Origin: Eubacteriales bacterium
GTDB taxonomy: Bacteria; Bacillota; Clostridia; Oscillospirales; CAG-382
Direction: 5' to 3'
Length of the DNA: 64,000 nucleotides
Assembly: GCA_028705495.1 (NCBI GenBank)
Contig: JAQWDK010000008.1
Location: forward strand, 1,034 to 65,033
Both the position numbers and the translations under genes were made by a program. The notes below the pieces were generated by a model. It searched no databases. It had not been told where the DNA came from and saw only the letters and a list, made by a program, of their open reading frames with translations. This document shows, piece by piece, positions 55,499 to 64,000 of the stretch (its first letter is position 1; every line of letters starts with the position of its first letter).

Positions 55499-56986
55499 TC
55501 AATCGAGGTATATTTTTAAATGATCCTCAAGATTGTTTTTGAATATATCTTCGCTTGCCTGCCATAAGCTTGTGAAGTCGGCATTGTTGTTGTTTATACA
55601 GATATTTATCTGATGAGCCGGCCAACCAAGAGTGTATGAATAAATATACCCGAAGTTGAATTTTAAACCGTCTCTTATTATATCGATCATTTCTGCGGAA
55701 CCCTGGTCATTGACATATCTGCTGCGGAGAATTGTTTGGTAGTAATCCTCGACAACATTTCGGTAGCTTTCAGCACAGAGTGCTTCGGTAATAATACCGA
55801 CAAATTCTGTGTCTTGAACCGTATAAGGAACAGCTACCATTGAGAAGTTGTCAATGGAAGAAGAATAGTAACTTGTTTGTTCAACGTCAAATTTCGGCAT
55901 CGGTAAAATACCGTACTCAATCTGGTACTGGTTTATGTATTCACCCCATTGGAGTCTTGCTGGTATAAACAGCGCTCTACCTTCACCAAACATCGTATAT
56001 TGTTCCTGGTCGGCAGTTGTCTCTACAGTTGTGGTAAAGTCAGTGTAGGTATAATCAGACTGGCAGAGGAAATCATAAAGCATTGTGACCGCTTGACTTG
56101 TCTTTTGGTTGTTCATTGTAAACTCGGGAACACCCTGGCTGTTTTTCTGTGTAACCGATAGGTCGAAGGCATCTTGATATATGTCGACCTGTGTTGTTTT
56201 GGCAGAAATATATCCAAACGTGTCTTCTTTACCGACAACGCCGTTTCCGTCGTCTTTTGTCGCGAGACGAGCGTATTCAGTCATCTTGTCGTATGTCCAT
56301 TCCCCATCTCTGACAAGTTCATAGAGGTCAGGGAGAGTTGCATCCTTCGCTAATGTTTTATTGTAGAACATAGCGCACATATTTTCCCACAATGTTATAG
56401 ATATGTCACCCGTAAGTAAGAATAGCTTGTTGTTAATAGTCAGCTCATCGTTTAAATCGCTACTCCACCAAGGCTGATCCAAATCTATGTAATCTATGTC
56501 CTTCCAGTTTTGAAATATTCCTTCACTTATCATTGCTGGAATGATAGCTGCATAACCTGCGACGAGTTGATATTCATCCTCCCCGCTTTGAAGATGGGAG
56601 CGCAGTGTTGTAAAGAAATCCGTATGAGGTCCCCAGTTTCCGATAACGTCGAAGGTTTTGATATTTACGCCAAACCTGTCCTCGACAATATCGTTTCGCT
56701 TTTGTATAACGTCGTTAATAAAGTCTGTCGCTGTTTCGGATTCGGCAAATTCATACTTATGTTCGGTACGGCAGAATATAACAAAATCCCTGCCGCCGAA
56801 ATCTTTTACAGGCAGATTGTCTTTTACGTCTTTTCTTGAGCTGGTCGATTCTTCTGAAACTATTTGTGAAACAGCTGAGGTATTGCTGGTACTACTTGTT
56901 TCGTCACCGCCACAAGAAACCATTATTGGCAAAACAAACAGTACTGTCAGTAGAGATGCTAAAAGGGAGAGGTGTTTTCTTTTCAT
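55499..56986 (-). CDS. extracellular solute-binding lipoprotein (large, sugar-ABC type)
   Basis: 495 aa. Lipobox MVSCGG and a Ser-rich linker. Architecture paralogous to the 57250 gene. Confidence 0.7.
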   Translation of the reverse strand: MKRKHLSLLASLLTVLFVLPIMVSCGGDETSSTSNTSAVSQIVSEESTSSRKDVKDNLPVKDFGGRDFVIFCRTEHKYEFAESETATDFINDVIQKRNDIVEDRFGVNIKTFDVIGNWGPHTDFFTTLRSHLQSGEDEYQLVAGYAAIIPAMISEGIFQNWKDIDYIDLDQPWWSSDLNDELTINNKLFLLTGDISITLWENMCAMFYNKTLAKDATLPDLYELVRDGEWTYDKMTEYARLATKDDGNGVVGKEDTFGYISAKTTQVDIYQDAFDLSVTQKNSQGVPEFTMNNQKTSQAVTMLYDFLCQSDYTYTDFTTTVETTADQEQYTMFGEGRALFIPARLQWGEYINQYQIEYGILPMPKFDVEQTSYYSSSIDNFSMVAVPYTVQDTEFVGIITEALCAESYRNVVEDYYQTILRSRYVNDQGSAEMIDIIRDGLKFNFGYIYSYTLGWPAHQINICINNNNADFTSLWQASEDIFKNNLEDHLKIYLD

Positions 56987-57249
56987 AGGATACCATGCCT
57001 TTCAGAGAAATATAAATATTTCAAAAACTGTACAAACATTATAACACAATCGATAAAAATAATCAATACGAATACATTATACAAAGGAACCTCTTTTCCT
57101 GATCTTTCTTAGTCACTTTGGATAAGATTTTATAAATATTTGCAGCTAAGCTTTGATACTTCATATATATTAAATACCGCATTAAAATATTTATTGTATT
57201 GTACAGTCATCAAGTTCTACAAATTAATTTGTAAAGAAAGGTTATATTA

Positions 57250-58776
57250 ATGAAAAAAGCAGTTAAGCTTTTATCGCTTATGATTGTTTTCGTTTTGGTC
57301 TTAGGTATTTTCGCTTCTTGCAAGACCGATCCAAAGAATACCACATCTGAAACCCAAAGCAACACAAGTGGAACAACTTCTAAAGCTGACCCATTAGCTC
57401 ATTTAGAAGGTTATGATTATGATAAGGCAGATATCGTATTCCTTGTTGAAGGCGACCATAGGGGGATATATAGCTCAGCAGACATATTGGGCTCCGAAAC
57501 AGCTCCCGACCTTATCAACGACGCAGTTGATGCCAGAAATAAAAAGGTTGAAGAGCTTCTCAACATCGTCGTCAAGGAATATAGAACCGACGGAGTCACA
57601 TCAATGCTTGAGCTTGTCAGGACAAGCGGCTTGACCGGCGGAAACGATTATGATGTTGTTATGCCCTATATTCCTGAAGCAGCATCGATGCTTACCGAAG
57701 GGTTCCTCAGCGATCTGAATAATTATGATGTTATAAAGTTCGAAAACGATTATTGGGACGGTAATGCAAACAAATACTTCTCTATTGGTGGTAAGCTGTT
57801 CTTTGCTACAGGCGACACAACCTTGCTCGCATTCGACTGTACCCACGCTCTCGTTTTCAACAAGACTATTCTCCAGAAATTTGGTATTGAAGAAAACCCC
57901 TACCAGCTTGTAAAGGACGGAACATGGACCCTTGACAAACTCCTTGAAATGGCAGCCCAAGTTACAAGTGAAACAGATGGCGACCAGATAATGACCTACA
58001 AGGACACATGGGGTTTCTTTGTCAACAACAACTACGCGACCAGCCTTTTCCTCGGTAGTGGAATGAACCTCATCGGACGCGACAGTGAAGATATGCCTAC
58101 TCTCGCACTTCAGAACAATGCAACCGCTGCTGCAAGTGTTGTAGGGAAAATTGTAGATGCTTATTCTAATGAGAATACTACAATTTTAATCGAGAGTTTC
58201 ATAGATGACGTTGCTGGTACAGGTTCAACAGTATGGCAGGAAGCGACAAAGGCTGTCGCTGAAGACCGCGCTTTGTTCCGTTCGATGGCCATCGTTGACA
58301 TGAACGACCTTGCAAACTATAATGTAAACTATGGTATTCTTCCGACTCCAAAGATGACGGAAGATCAGGACGAATATTATTCATTCGTTTCAACCCTTTA
58401 CGCTTCTTGCTTAGCGATTCCTGCACAGTTAGAAACAAAAGAACGCAGTGCGGTTGTTATTGAAGCTATGAATGCCGCATCCGGAGAGTATGTTAAGAAT
58501 AAATACTATGATGTACTGCTCAAGAGCCGCCGTGTTGTTGACAATGAATCATCCGAAATGCTTGATATAATCTTCAACAACCGTGTTTATGATTTAGGTG
58601 TTATCTACAACTGGGGCGGCGAAAGCATTTGGGATCCAAACAGCCTTGCAAACTTCATTAACGAAATTGCAAAGAGCGGTCAGAACACTTATGCTTCTTC
58701 CTTCGCAGCGATCGAGGACTCGATTGTAACAGCTATGGAAAATACAATTGAAACAATAAAGAATATCGACTTCTAA
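57250..58776 (+). CDS. extracellular solute-binding lipoprotein (large, sugar-ABC type)
   Basis: 508 aa. Lipobox FASCKT. Shares motifs with the 55499 gene (F..TGD.., YGILP.PK, YY...L.SR...D..S.EM.DII). Confidence 0.7.
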   Translation: MKKAVKLLSLMIVFVLVLGIFASCKTDPKNTTSETQSNTSGTTSKADPLAHLEGYDYDKADIVFLVEGDHRGIYSSADILGSETAPDLINDAVDARNKKVEELLNIVVKEYRTDGVTSMLELVRTSGLTGGNDYDVVMPYIPEAASMLTEGFLSDLNNYDVIKFENDYWDGNANKYFSIGGKLFFATGDTTLLAFDCTHALVFNKTILQKFGIEENPYQLVKDGTWTLDKLLEMAAQVTSETDGDQIMTYKDTWGFFVNNNYATSLFLGSGMNLIGRDSEDMPTLALQNNATAAASVVGKIVDAYSNENTTILIESFIDDVAGTGSTVWQEATKAVAEDRALFRSMAIVDMNDLANYNVNYGILPTPKMTEDQDEYYSFVSTLYASCLAIPAQLETKERSAVVIEAMNAASGEYVKNKYYDVLLKSRRVVDNESSEMLDIIFNNRVYDLGVIYNWGGESIWDPNSLANFINEIAKSGQNTYASSFAAIEDSIVTAMENTIETIKNIDF

Positions 58777-58833
58777 GGTAGTTATAATCCTGAAGATAAT
58801 GCCCCGAGGATTTTCCACGGGGCATTATTTTGC

Positions 58834-58860
58834 TATTTTATTGTAATATTTACACCGTTT
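58834..58860. repeat. 27-bp perfect direct repeat, copy 1 (copy 2 at 60257-60283 is the 3' end of the DUF4317 gene)
   Basis: TATTTTATTGTAATATTTACACCGTTT is identical at both sites. Confidence 0.9.
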
Positions 58861-58917
58861 GTTTGCACAAAATCTCTCCTTCCGTTAGGGGGATAGATCC
58901 GACTAGGAGATTTTGAA

Positions 58918-59526
58918 CTATTTGAGTTTTTCAGAGTATATAGTGATATTTGATTTAGCCTTTTCTTTTAGGCTCTTAATATAAGATTCCTTCGTCTCTA
59001 ATTTCTCTTCAGTGGTAATGCTACCCTCTTCTTTAAAAACCTCATCAAAAAGTTTTCCTTGTATTAGAAACTTTTTATAGCTATTTTGCGTTTCTTCCAA
59101 TAACCAATATTCATCAAGAGTGATGTCGAGTTCTTTGCACATATCTATTAATGTAATATATGGCTCTTGGTCTTTATCTGTCTCAGCAATTAGTTTTTTC
59201 TGCATTTCTATGAATTCATACAATTCCTCATCCGTAACAGAAATGTTTCTTTGCGTTGAATCTACTTCCAATAACTTGCTTTCAACTAAAGCATCGATTA
59301 TTTCTTCGTCTGATAATTTAGGCGATCTAGCTTTAGCATAATTATAGTTGTACAAAGTTATTTCTTTGTCGTAAACAATCGCAATTATTTCCTTTTTAGA
59401 TTCTTTGTTTTTGAATAGTGCTCCAAATGTTTTCCCAATAGAGAAATCATTCACAGCAAGCGCTGTAATAGTAGATAAAACGATGACTGCAATCAAAGTT
59501 GAAATAATGATTAATTTCTTTTTCAT
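58918..59526 (-). CDS. secreted/membrane-anchored SurA-N-terminal-like chaperone domain protein (tentative)
   Basis: MKKKLIIISTLIAVIVLSTITALA signal or anchor. The helical body (ITLYNYNYAKA...EEIIDALVESKLLE) resembles the PrsA/SurA N-terminal region, with no PPIase domain. Confidence 0.45.
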   Translation of the reverse strand: MKKKLIIISTLIAVIVLSTITALAVNDFSIGKTFGALFKNKESKKEIIAIVYDKEITLYNYNYAKARSPKLSDEEIIDALVESKLLEVDSTQRNISVTDEELYEFIEMQKKLIAETDKDQEPYITLIDMCKELDITLDEYWLLEETQNSYKKFLIQGKLFDEVFKEEGSITTEEKLETKESYIKSLKEKAKSNITIYSEKLK

Positions 59527-59539
59527 AATATTGTTCTCC

Positions 59540-59833
59540 TTAATAAGCTGTTCTCGCAATATGCCCTTTTTCAACTGCTGCTCCATAACCTACAACATCT
59601 GGAACATTTAACTCTGTGATTTCCTCATAATCACGCTCTAATGTGGAGTCCTGCGTATAAGTAGTAATTTGCGGGGTTTCGGGGTTGCTTGAAAGGTAAT
59701 CGGGGGTCGATGAGGATACCGGCATCCTCGGGGTTCCGGTAGCTGCGGACAGCAATCCTGTTCCGGGAACGCTTGAAAACAGAATCGCAAAGCATAGTAA
59801 GATAGAAAATAGTGCTGCTTGTTTTCTTTTTAT
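59540..59833 (-). CDS. small secreted protein; no canonical start codon precedes its signal peptide
   Basis: The open frame reads IKRKQAALFSILLCFAILFSSVPGTGLLSAATGTPRMP... AAAGGA lies 6 nt before an in-frame ATA (59833). The first canonical start (TTG at 59755) lies after the signal peptide. Confidence 0.4.
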   Translation of the reverse strand: MKRKQAALFSILLCFAILFSSVPGTGLLSAATGTPRMPVSSSTPDYLSSNPETPQITTYTQDSTLERDYEEITELNVPDVVGYGAAVEKGHIARTAY

Positions 59834-60255
59834 TACATTTCCTTTCGATTCTTCTTATACTAAGCTCAATAATGAAAGTCGATAAAATTGAGTGATGAAT
59901 TCTTTAAGAGAATTTGTTCTGAACGAAAATTTTATCGGTACTTGAATTTGAGATTAGTATTATACCCTTTAACTTTGAGCGGCGTATCATATAATATTCA
60001 CAAACATATTACATAAACACAATACTCCGTATATTGAATTTAACATCTATTATATGCTAAGTCAAGAACAATTTGGAAACATTTTCTACTCCGTGTCTGA
60101 ATATAAAACTCTCTTACACTAATAAAACCTTTCTCGAGCGTGTTTTGTTTCACCTTTGATGAAAATATTTCAAAATTTACAATTTGTTAATATTTGATGC
60201 GATATATAAACAAAACTCCGGCACGAGAAGTTTTTCCCATACCGGAGAGCGTGTT

Positions 60256-61392
60256 TTATTTTATTGTAATATTTACACCGTTTATTTCAACTTCTTCATC
60301 AGCGCGGATAAGTATGTACTTTACACCGCCTATGATTTTTGTTTGTATAAGGTTGTTGTTATCAAGGCTTGTTTTTATTGTTACACCCGAAGCTTTGATT
60401 TCAAGCTGTTTTATGTCAACTATGTTTTTAGGAGGTAACTCTGTAGTGCTTCCGAAATTCTCGTCAAACTTCTTTTCAAATTCGCCGACCTTTTCGTCCT
60501 TAACACCACCCGAGCGAAGAACGGCACTGAGAGTTGTTTTAGAAAGTCTCGCCGGCATTCCTTCTTTCCGTTCTTTGTCCGCCTCTACAATCATCGCAAC
60601 CTCTGTTTGAATGGTCTGAACAACATCGATATCGCAGTCCTCACCGAGGGTTTCGTTTAAAATACCGGTAAAAGTATCTTTTTGTACCTGAGCGGGCATG
60701 GGCAGGGTACTTTTAAATACATTATCAACAAAAGCATCGTTATTTTTAGCTGTGTTTTTCGTGTAGTAAAGCGCACTGTAAATATTCGCTGCTCGGTCAT
60801 CGAAGGATGGGAACATAAAGCCAATCTCAGGTGCTGCTATTACATTGTTAGGTGCGATATTACGAAAAGCATTTTCCTGCGCTTCATAGCTCAGTGCACG
60901 CTTTGTCGCCTTCAGTGGACAAACACAGCAGAGGATGTATGAAAATACATTTGCTGAATCCTCCGATTTTTTACCATCCGATAAATAGGAAAACACATCA
61001 TAGCTGTCGGCAGCAAGAAGAACAAGGAACTTCCCGTCAAAATCGATTGATTTTATAATATTAGCAAATAAAGCTGACGCTGCTTCATCATCGGAAAGTG
61101 ATGTATTTCTCAGCGCCATTAATGTTTTGTGTTCTTCACCCTCCAGCACTTGATTATTGGAAAACTCCACATCAATCAGATTTTTTCCGATTGTTCCCGA
61201 TAATGTCTTTTTCATAAGTGATATAAGCTCTTCTATTTCAGCCTCCTGCATCAAGCCAAGTGATTGGTTGAATTCGGAGATAATTTCCTTCTTTTCGTTT
61301 ACATAACAACCTCTGATATGGGATATAGTCGTTTTATCAGGGCGTAGTCTTCTTTTGATTTCTGCTATTTCTCTCTCGTTCATTTCTATCAT
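60256..61392 (-). CDS. DUF4317-family protein (tentative family assignment)
   Basis: 378 aa soluble protein. MNEREIAEIKRRLRPDKTTISHIRGCYVNEKKEII is recalled as the DUF4317-type N-terminus. Confidence 0.55.
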   Translation of the reverse strand: MIEMNEREIAEIKRRLRPDKTTISHIRGCYVNEKKEIISEFNQSLGLMQEAEIEELISLMKKTLSGTIGKNLIDVEFSNNQVLEGEEHKTLMALRNTSLSDDEAASALFANIIKSIDFDGKFLVLLAADSYDVFSYLSDGKKSEDSANVFSYILCCVCPLKATKRALSYEAQENAFRNIAPNNVIAAPEIGFMFPSFDDRAANIYSALYYTKNTAKNNDAFVDNVFKSTLPMPAQVQKDTFTGILNETLGEDCDIDVVQTIQTEVAMIVEADKERKEGMPARLSKTTLSAVLRSGGVKDEKVGEFEKKFDENFGSTTELPPKNIVDIKQLEIKASGVTIKTSLDNNNLIQTKIIGGVKYILIRADEEVEINGVNITIK

Positions 61393-61457
61393 CCTTTACT
61401 TTTGGAAATTCATGAAGGGCAAAAGATCAGCCGGATTTCCATCCGGCTGATTGCCAT

Positions 61458-63674
61458 TTACTTTTTGTTTGCAAGCTTTGACATCTGTCTTTGTGCAAGT
61501 ACGAGTTTGCTGTATCTTCCGTTCTTTTTCAACAGCTCCTCGTGTGTGCCTTCCTCCTCGATTTCGTTCTTTTCGAGGACGATTAGCCTTGTTGCATTTC
61601 TCAGCGTCGAAAGCCTGTGTGCTATTGCGATTGTTGTTCGGTTTTTGGTCAATGCCGCAATCGAATCCTGTATGAGCTTTTCTGTTTCGGTGTCAAGAGA
61701 TGCAGTAGCTTCATCGAGAATAAGTATCTCCGGGTTACGGAGCACAGCTCTTGCTATTGCAATTCTCTGGCGTTCACCGCCCGAAAGCGTCTGCCCTCTC
61801 TCCCCGACAAGGGTATTGTAACCGTCAGGTAGCTTCATAATAAACTGATGGGCGTTCGCAAGCTTCGCCGCACGTATAACCTCATCAGGTGTTGCATTCG
61901 GTTCCGCATAGGCGATGTTGTTAAATATCGTTCCTCTAAAAAGAAATGTTTCTTGAAGTACAACACCCATCTGAGAACGCAGGGTGTGCTGTGGGATATT
62001 TCGTACATCAACGCCGTCGAACTTAAGATTACCTTCATTGAGATCGTACAGCCTCATAATCAAGTTTGTGAGCGTACTCTTACCGACACCACTTCGTCCG
62101 ACAATACCGATCATATCGCCCTTTTTGATCTTGAGGTTAATATCTTTGAGAACATATTCATATCCATTGTAGCTGAAATATGCGTTCTCAAATTCGATGT
62201 CACCGGACAGTTTTACATCCACGGCTTTTTCAGAGTCGACGATTTCAGGTTCTTCGTCAATAATTTCGAAAACTTTAGCAATCGAGGTCATCTGCCTTGA
62301 CAGGCGGCGAGGTAGGAAAGCAATCCAGCGAAGTGGACCGTAAAGCATTCCCGCATAGGAAAGGAATGCGTTCATATCACCGAATCCCATTGTTCCTTCA
62401 ATGATTTTGGCGCCGGCGTATGCTATTATGAAATATTCACCTATACCCATGAAAAAGTTCAGGGGCGGCATAATCTTCTGCCAAAGCACTTCGTTTTGCG
62501 CTGAAATATCCGATAGCTTCTTGACTGACTTATCGAAGCGTTCATACTCGTATTTTTCCATGCCAAAGGACTTAACAACGCGTATACCTTGGAATATGTC
62601 ATGCAAAATCGTATTTGAATCGGAACCTGCATGCCACTGACGATGGTACATCCTGTTCATGAATGAACGCATCGTATAGAAAAGCACTGCAATCAACGGC
62701 ATTGGAAATACAACCATGAGAGCGAGCTTCCAGTCCATTACAAAAACCACAATACCGATACCTATAAGGTTCAAGGTCTGCTGAAACAGTACGGGAATGG
62801 TGTTTGTCAGAAACTCCTGCATAAGCGAAGAGTCTTCGGTAATTCTGTTTATAAGCTCTCCGGCGCTTCTTTTGCCGATTCCGCCAATTGACAGCTGCTG
62901 AATTTTAACGAATAGTGCGTTTTTGATGTTGACTGCGATTTTGTTTCCAACTTTCGCAATTGTAACTGCTCTGAATATCCCAAGTAGTCTGAGAGCAAGC
63001 TCAACGAGTGCAATTGTGATAATCAGTATTATAAACGAAGTGAAAACAACATTTTTAGGTTCTGCGTTTTTAATATAGTTGTCGATTAGATCCTTGTTTA
63101 GAAGCGGGAGGCAAACGGTGATACCGCTTGCTGCAACAAAAGCCAAAAATGCAAATATAAGAGGTGCAGTATATGGCTTTAAGAACGGTATAACCTTTTT
63201 AATAAGATTCTTTTTGTCTACACAATTGACGCAGACTGTAGAACCCCTTGGATAAGGCTTGCCGCAGGTAGAGCATGTATGCTCAGTTATATCTTTTGCG
63301 GTATCGGGTCTTCTGCCTTCTTTAATAAGAGTGACACGCTTTGCTATCGCTTGAAGGCTCAGCATGCAGCTCATTTCAGCGCGGCACAGCTCAACATCAC
63401 CTTTTTCAGTGATAACTTCAAGGGAAACACAGCCGAAATTAAGCTGACAGCGTATTTCCGAGAAAGTATCCAATCTCACCGAACGGAGTTCTGCCTCCAC
63501 GGAGTCAAGCATGTATATAGTACCGTCGCGGTAAGCACCATAACCGAAAATCGGGTTGCTGTTTGTGTCAAGGGTGTACCTGAAACCATAATCACAGCCC
63601 GGACACAGCTCTTCGAATCGTTTTGTTATTCCTCTAAGCAAAGTCTGGTATTGTGATTCCTTTTGTTTACTCAT
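61458..63674 (-). CDS. ABC transporter ATP-binding/permease protein with an extra roughly 150-aa N-terminal cytoplasmic domain (Cys-motif flanked)
   Basis: 738 aa. The N-terminus has CPGC and CSTCGKPYPRGSTVCVNC, followed by 6 TM segments and an NBD (GRSGVGKST, LSGGERQR, ILILDEATS). Confidence 0.85.
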   Translation of the reverse strand: MSKQKESQYQTLLRGITKRFEELCPGCDYGFRYTLDTNSNPIFGYGAYRDGTIYMLDSVEAELRSVRLDTFSEIRCQLNFGCVSLEVITEKGDVELCRAEMSCMLSLQAIAKRVTLIKEGRRPDTAKDITEHTCSTCGKPYPRGSTVCVNCVDKKNLIKKVIPFLKPYTAPLIFAFLAFVAASGITVCLPLLNKDLIDNYIKNAEPKNVVFTSFIILIITIALVELALRLLGIFRAVTIAKVGNKIAVNIKNALFVKIQQLSIGGIGKRSAGELINRITEDSSLMQEFLTNTIPVLFQQTLNLIGIGIVVFVMDWKLALMVVFPMPLIAVLFYTMRSFMNRMYHRQWHAGSDSNTILHDIFQGIRVVKSFGMEKYEYERFDKSVKKLSDISAQNEVLWQKIMPPLNFFMGIGEYFIIAYAGAKIIEGTMGFGDMNAFLSYAGMLYGPLRWIAFLPRRLSRQMTSIAKVFEIIDEEPEIVDSEKAVDVKLSGDIEFENAYFSYNGYEYVLKDINLKIKKGDMIGIVGRSGVGKSTLTNLIMRLYDLNEGNLKFDGVDVRNIPQHTLRSQMGVVLQETFLFRGTIFNNIAYAEPNATPDEVIRAAKLANAHQFIMKLPDGYNTLVGERGQTLSGGERQRIAIARAVLRNPEILILDEATASLDTETEKLIQDSIAALTKNRTTIAIAHRLSTLRNATRLIVLEKNEIEEEGTHEELLKKNGRYSKLVLAQRQMSKLANKK

Positions 63675-63710
63675 AAAAACCTTTCTAATATGTCAGGTGT
63701 TTACAGATAC

Positions 63711-64000
63711 AGCTCGATTTTCTTGTAGCTTGACGGATCAAGCGCTTCAGCATCGAGTATGTAATATCTGTTACCATCAATATCCGTAACGACAAGGCGA
63801 ACATCGCTGACCTTTGCAATACTTCTAAAGGTGTCTTGGAGCGTGAAGTTCATCTTCCCCTTGTCGGTATCCACTGACCAATAAGAATAGCCGAACCTCT
63901 CCTTGAGCGAGTGAATCTTTGTTATGGTAGGTGTGTAATATTTTCTTGCAAGTGCGGCTCTGACATTTGCTGCACTCTCATCATCGAGATTCGTTATGTC
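63711..64000 (-). CDS. DUF1854-family protein, C-terminal part (5' end beyond window)
   Basis: My own translation gives ...ITKIHSLKERFGYSYWSVDTDKGKMNFTLQDTFRSIAKVSDVRLVVTDIDGNRYYILDAEALDPSSYKKIELYL*. Absent from the ORF track because its start lies outside the window. Confidence 0.6.

Noticed and set aside
57036-57206. Invertible promoter between the divergent SBP genes
   Set aside because: Only an 8-bp inverted pair (CTGTACAA/TTGTACAG) flanks the region. That is too short to argue for a recombinase-driven switch, and no invertase gene is nearby.

Overview
This window looks like chromosomal DNA from a low-GC, spore-forming Clostridia-type Firmicute. The evidence is spo0A, spoVAC/AD/AEb, spoVG, soj/spo0J, a nine-gene V-type ATPase operon and several ECF S-components. 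All calls come from reading the supplied ORF translations, from my own translations, and from motif recognition; no database search was possible.

Two regimes are visible.

(1) About 1-15.9 kb is accessory and patchy:
- a Crp/Fnr-cupin-split permease (ferredoxin-fused) cluster;
- a small XRE/AbrB-type regulator pair bracketed by a duplicated terminator block plus a permease gene stub;
- mgtA with a terminator-containing leader;
- an SDR epimerase and a TetR regulator;
- a roughly 5.8 kb graveyard of mobile-element fragments lying against a tRNA-Pro(UGG) gene. It holds a sigma-like fragment, a GH18 fragment, a phage structural protein, a terminase C-terminal fragment and a chimeric ORF, and it surrounds an intact Fic (AMPylase-type) gene.

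(2) About 16-64 kb is mostly core:
- an acyl-AMP ligase + ACP pair, and the spoVA operon;
- a MarR-controlled heterodimeric ABC exporter, an MFS transporter, a GH2 enzyme and secreted/lipoproteins;
- PanT-like S-component + coaX, a GT28 glycolipid synthase, spoVG, an Lnt-like N-acyltransferase and a MORN protein;
- parAB, spo0A, the V-ATPase operon and two orphan large solute-binding lipoproteins;
- a DUF4317 / ABC / DUF1854 group at the right edge.

I found no clear, recognisable multi-gene novel system. The observations most worth a second look are:
- the Fic gene, whose promoter and stop codon are decorated with five copies of one 10-mer, including a perfect 12-nt complement between 5' UTR and stop region;
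- the repeat-bracketed XRE/AbrB-zinc-ribbon module;
- a 97-bp tandem repeat (2 full units plus 15 bp) full of hairpins, next to a hyper-acidic 66-aa protein gene;
- a 27-bp direct repeat bracketing a two-gene secreted-protein module;
- a terminator-bounded, ORF-free stretch of about 320 nt carrying two TGTCGAA (0A-box-like) motifs;
- an in-frame TGA splitting a DUF2812 gene.
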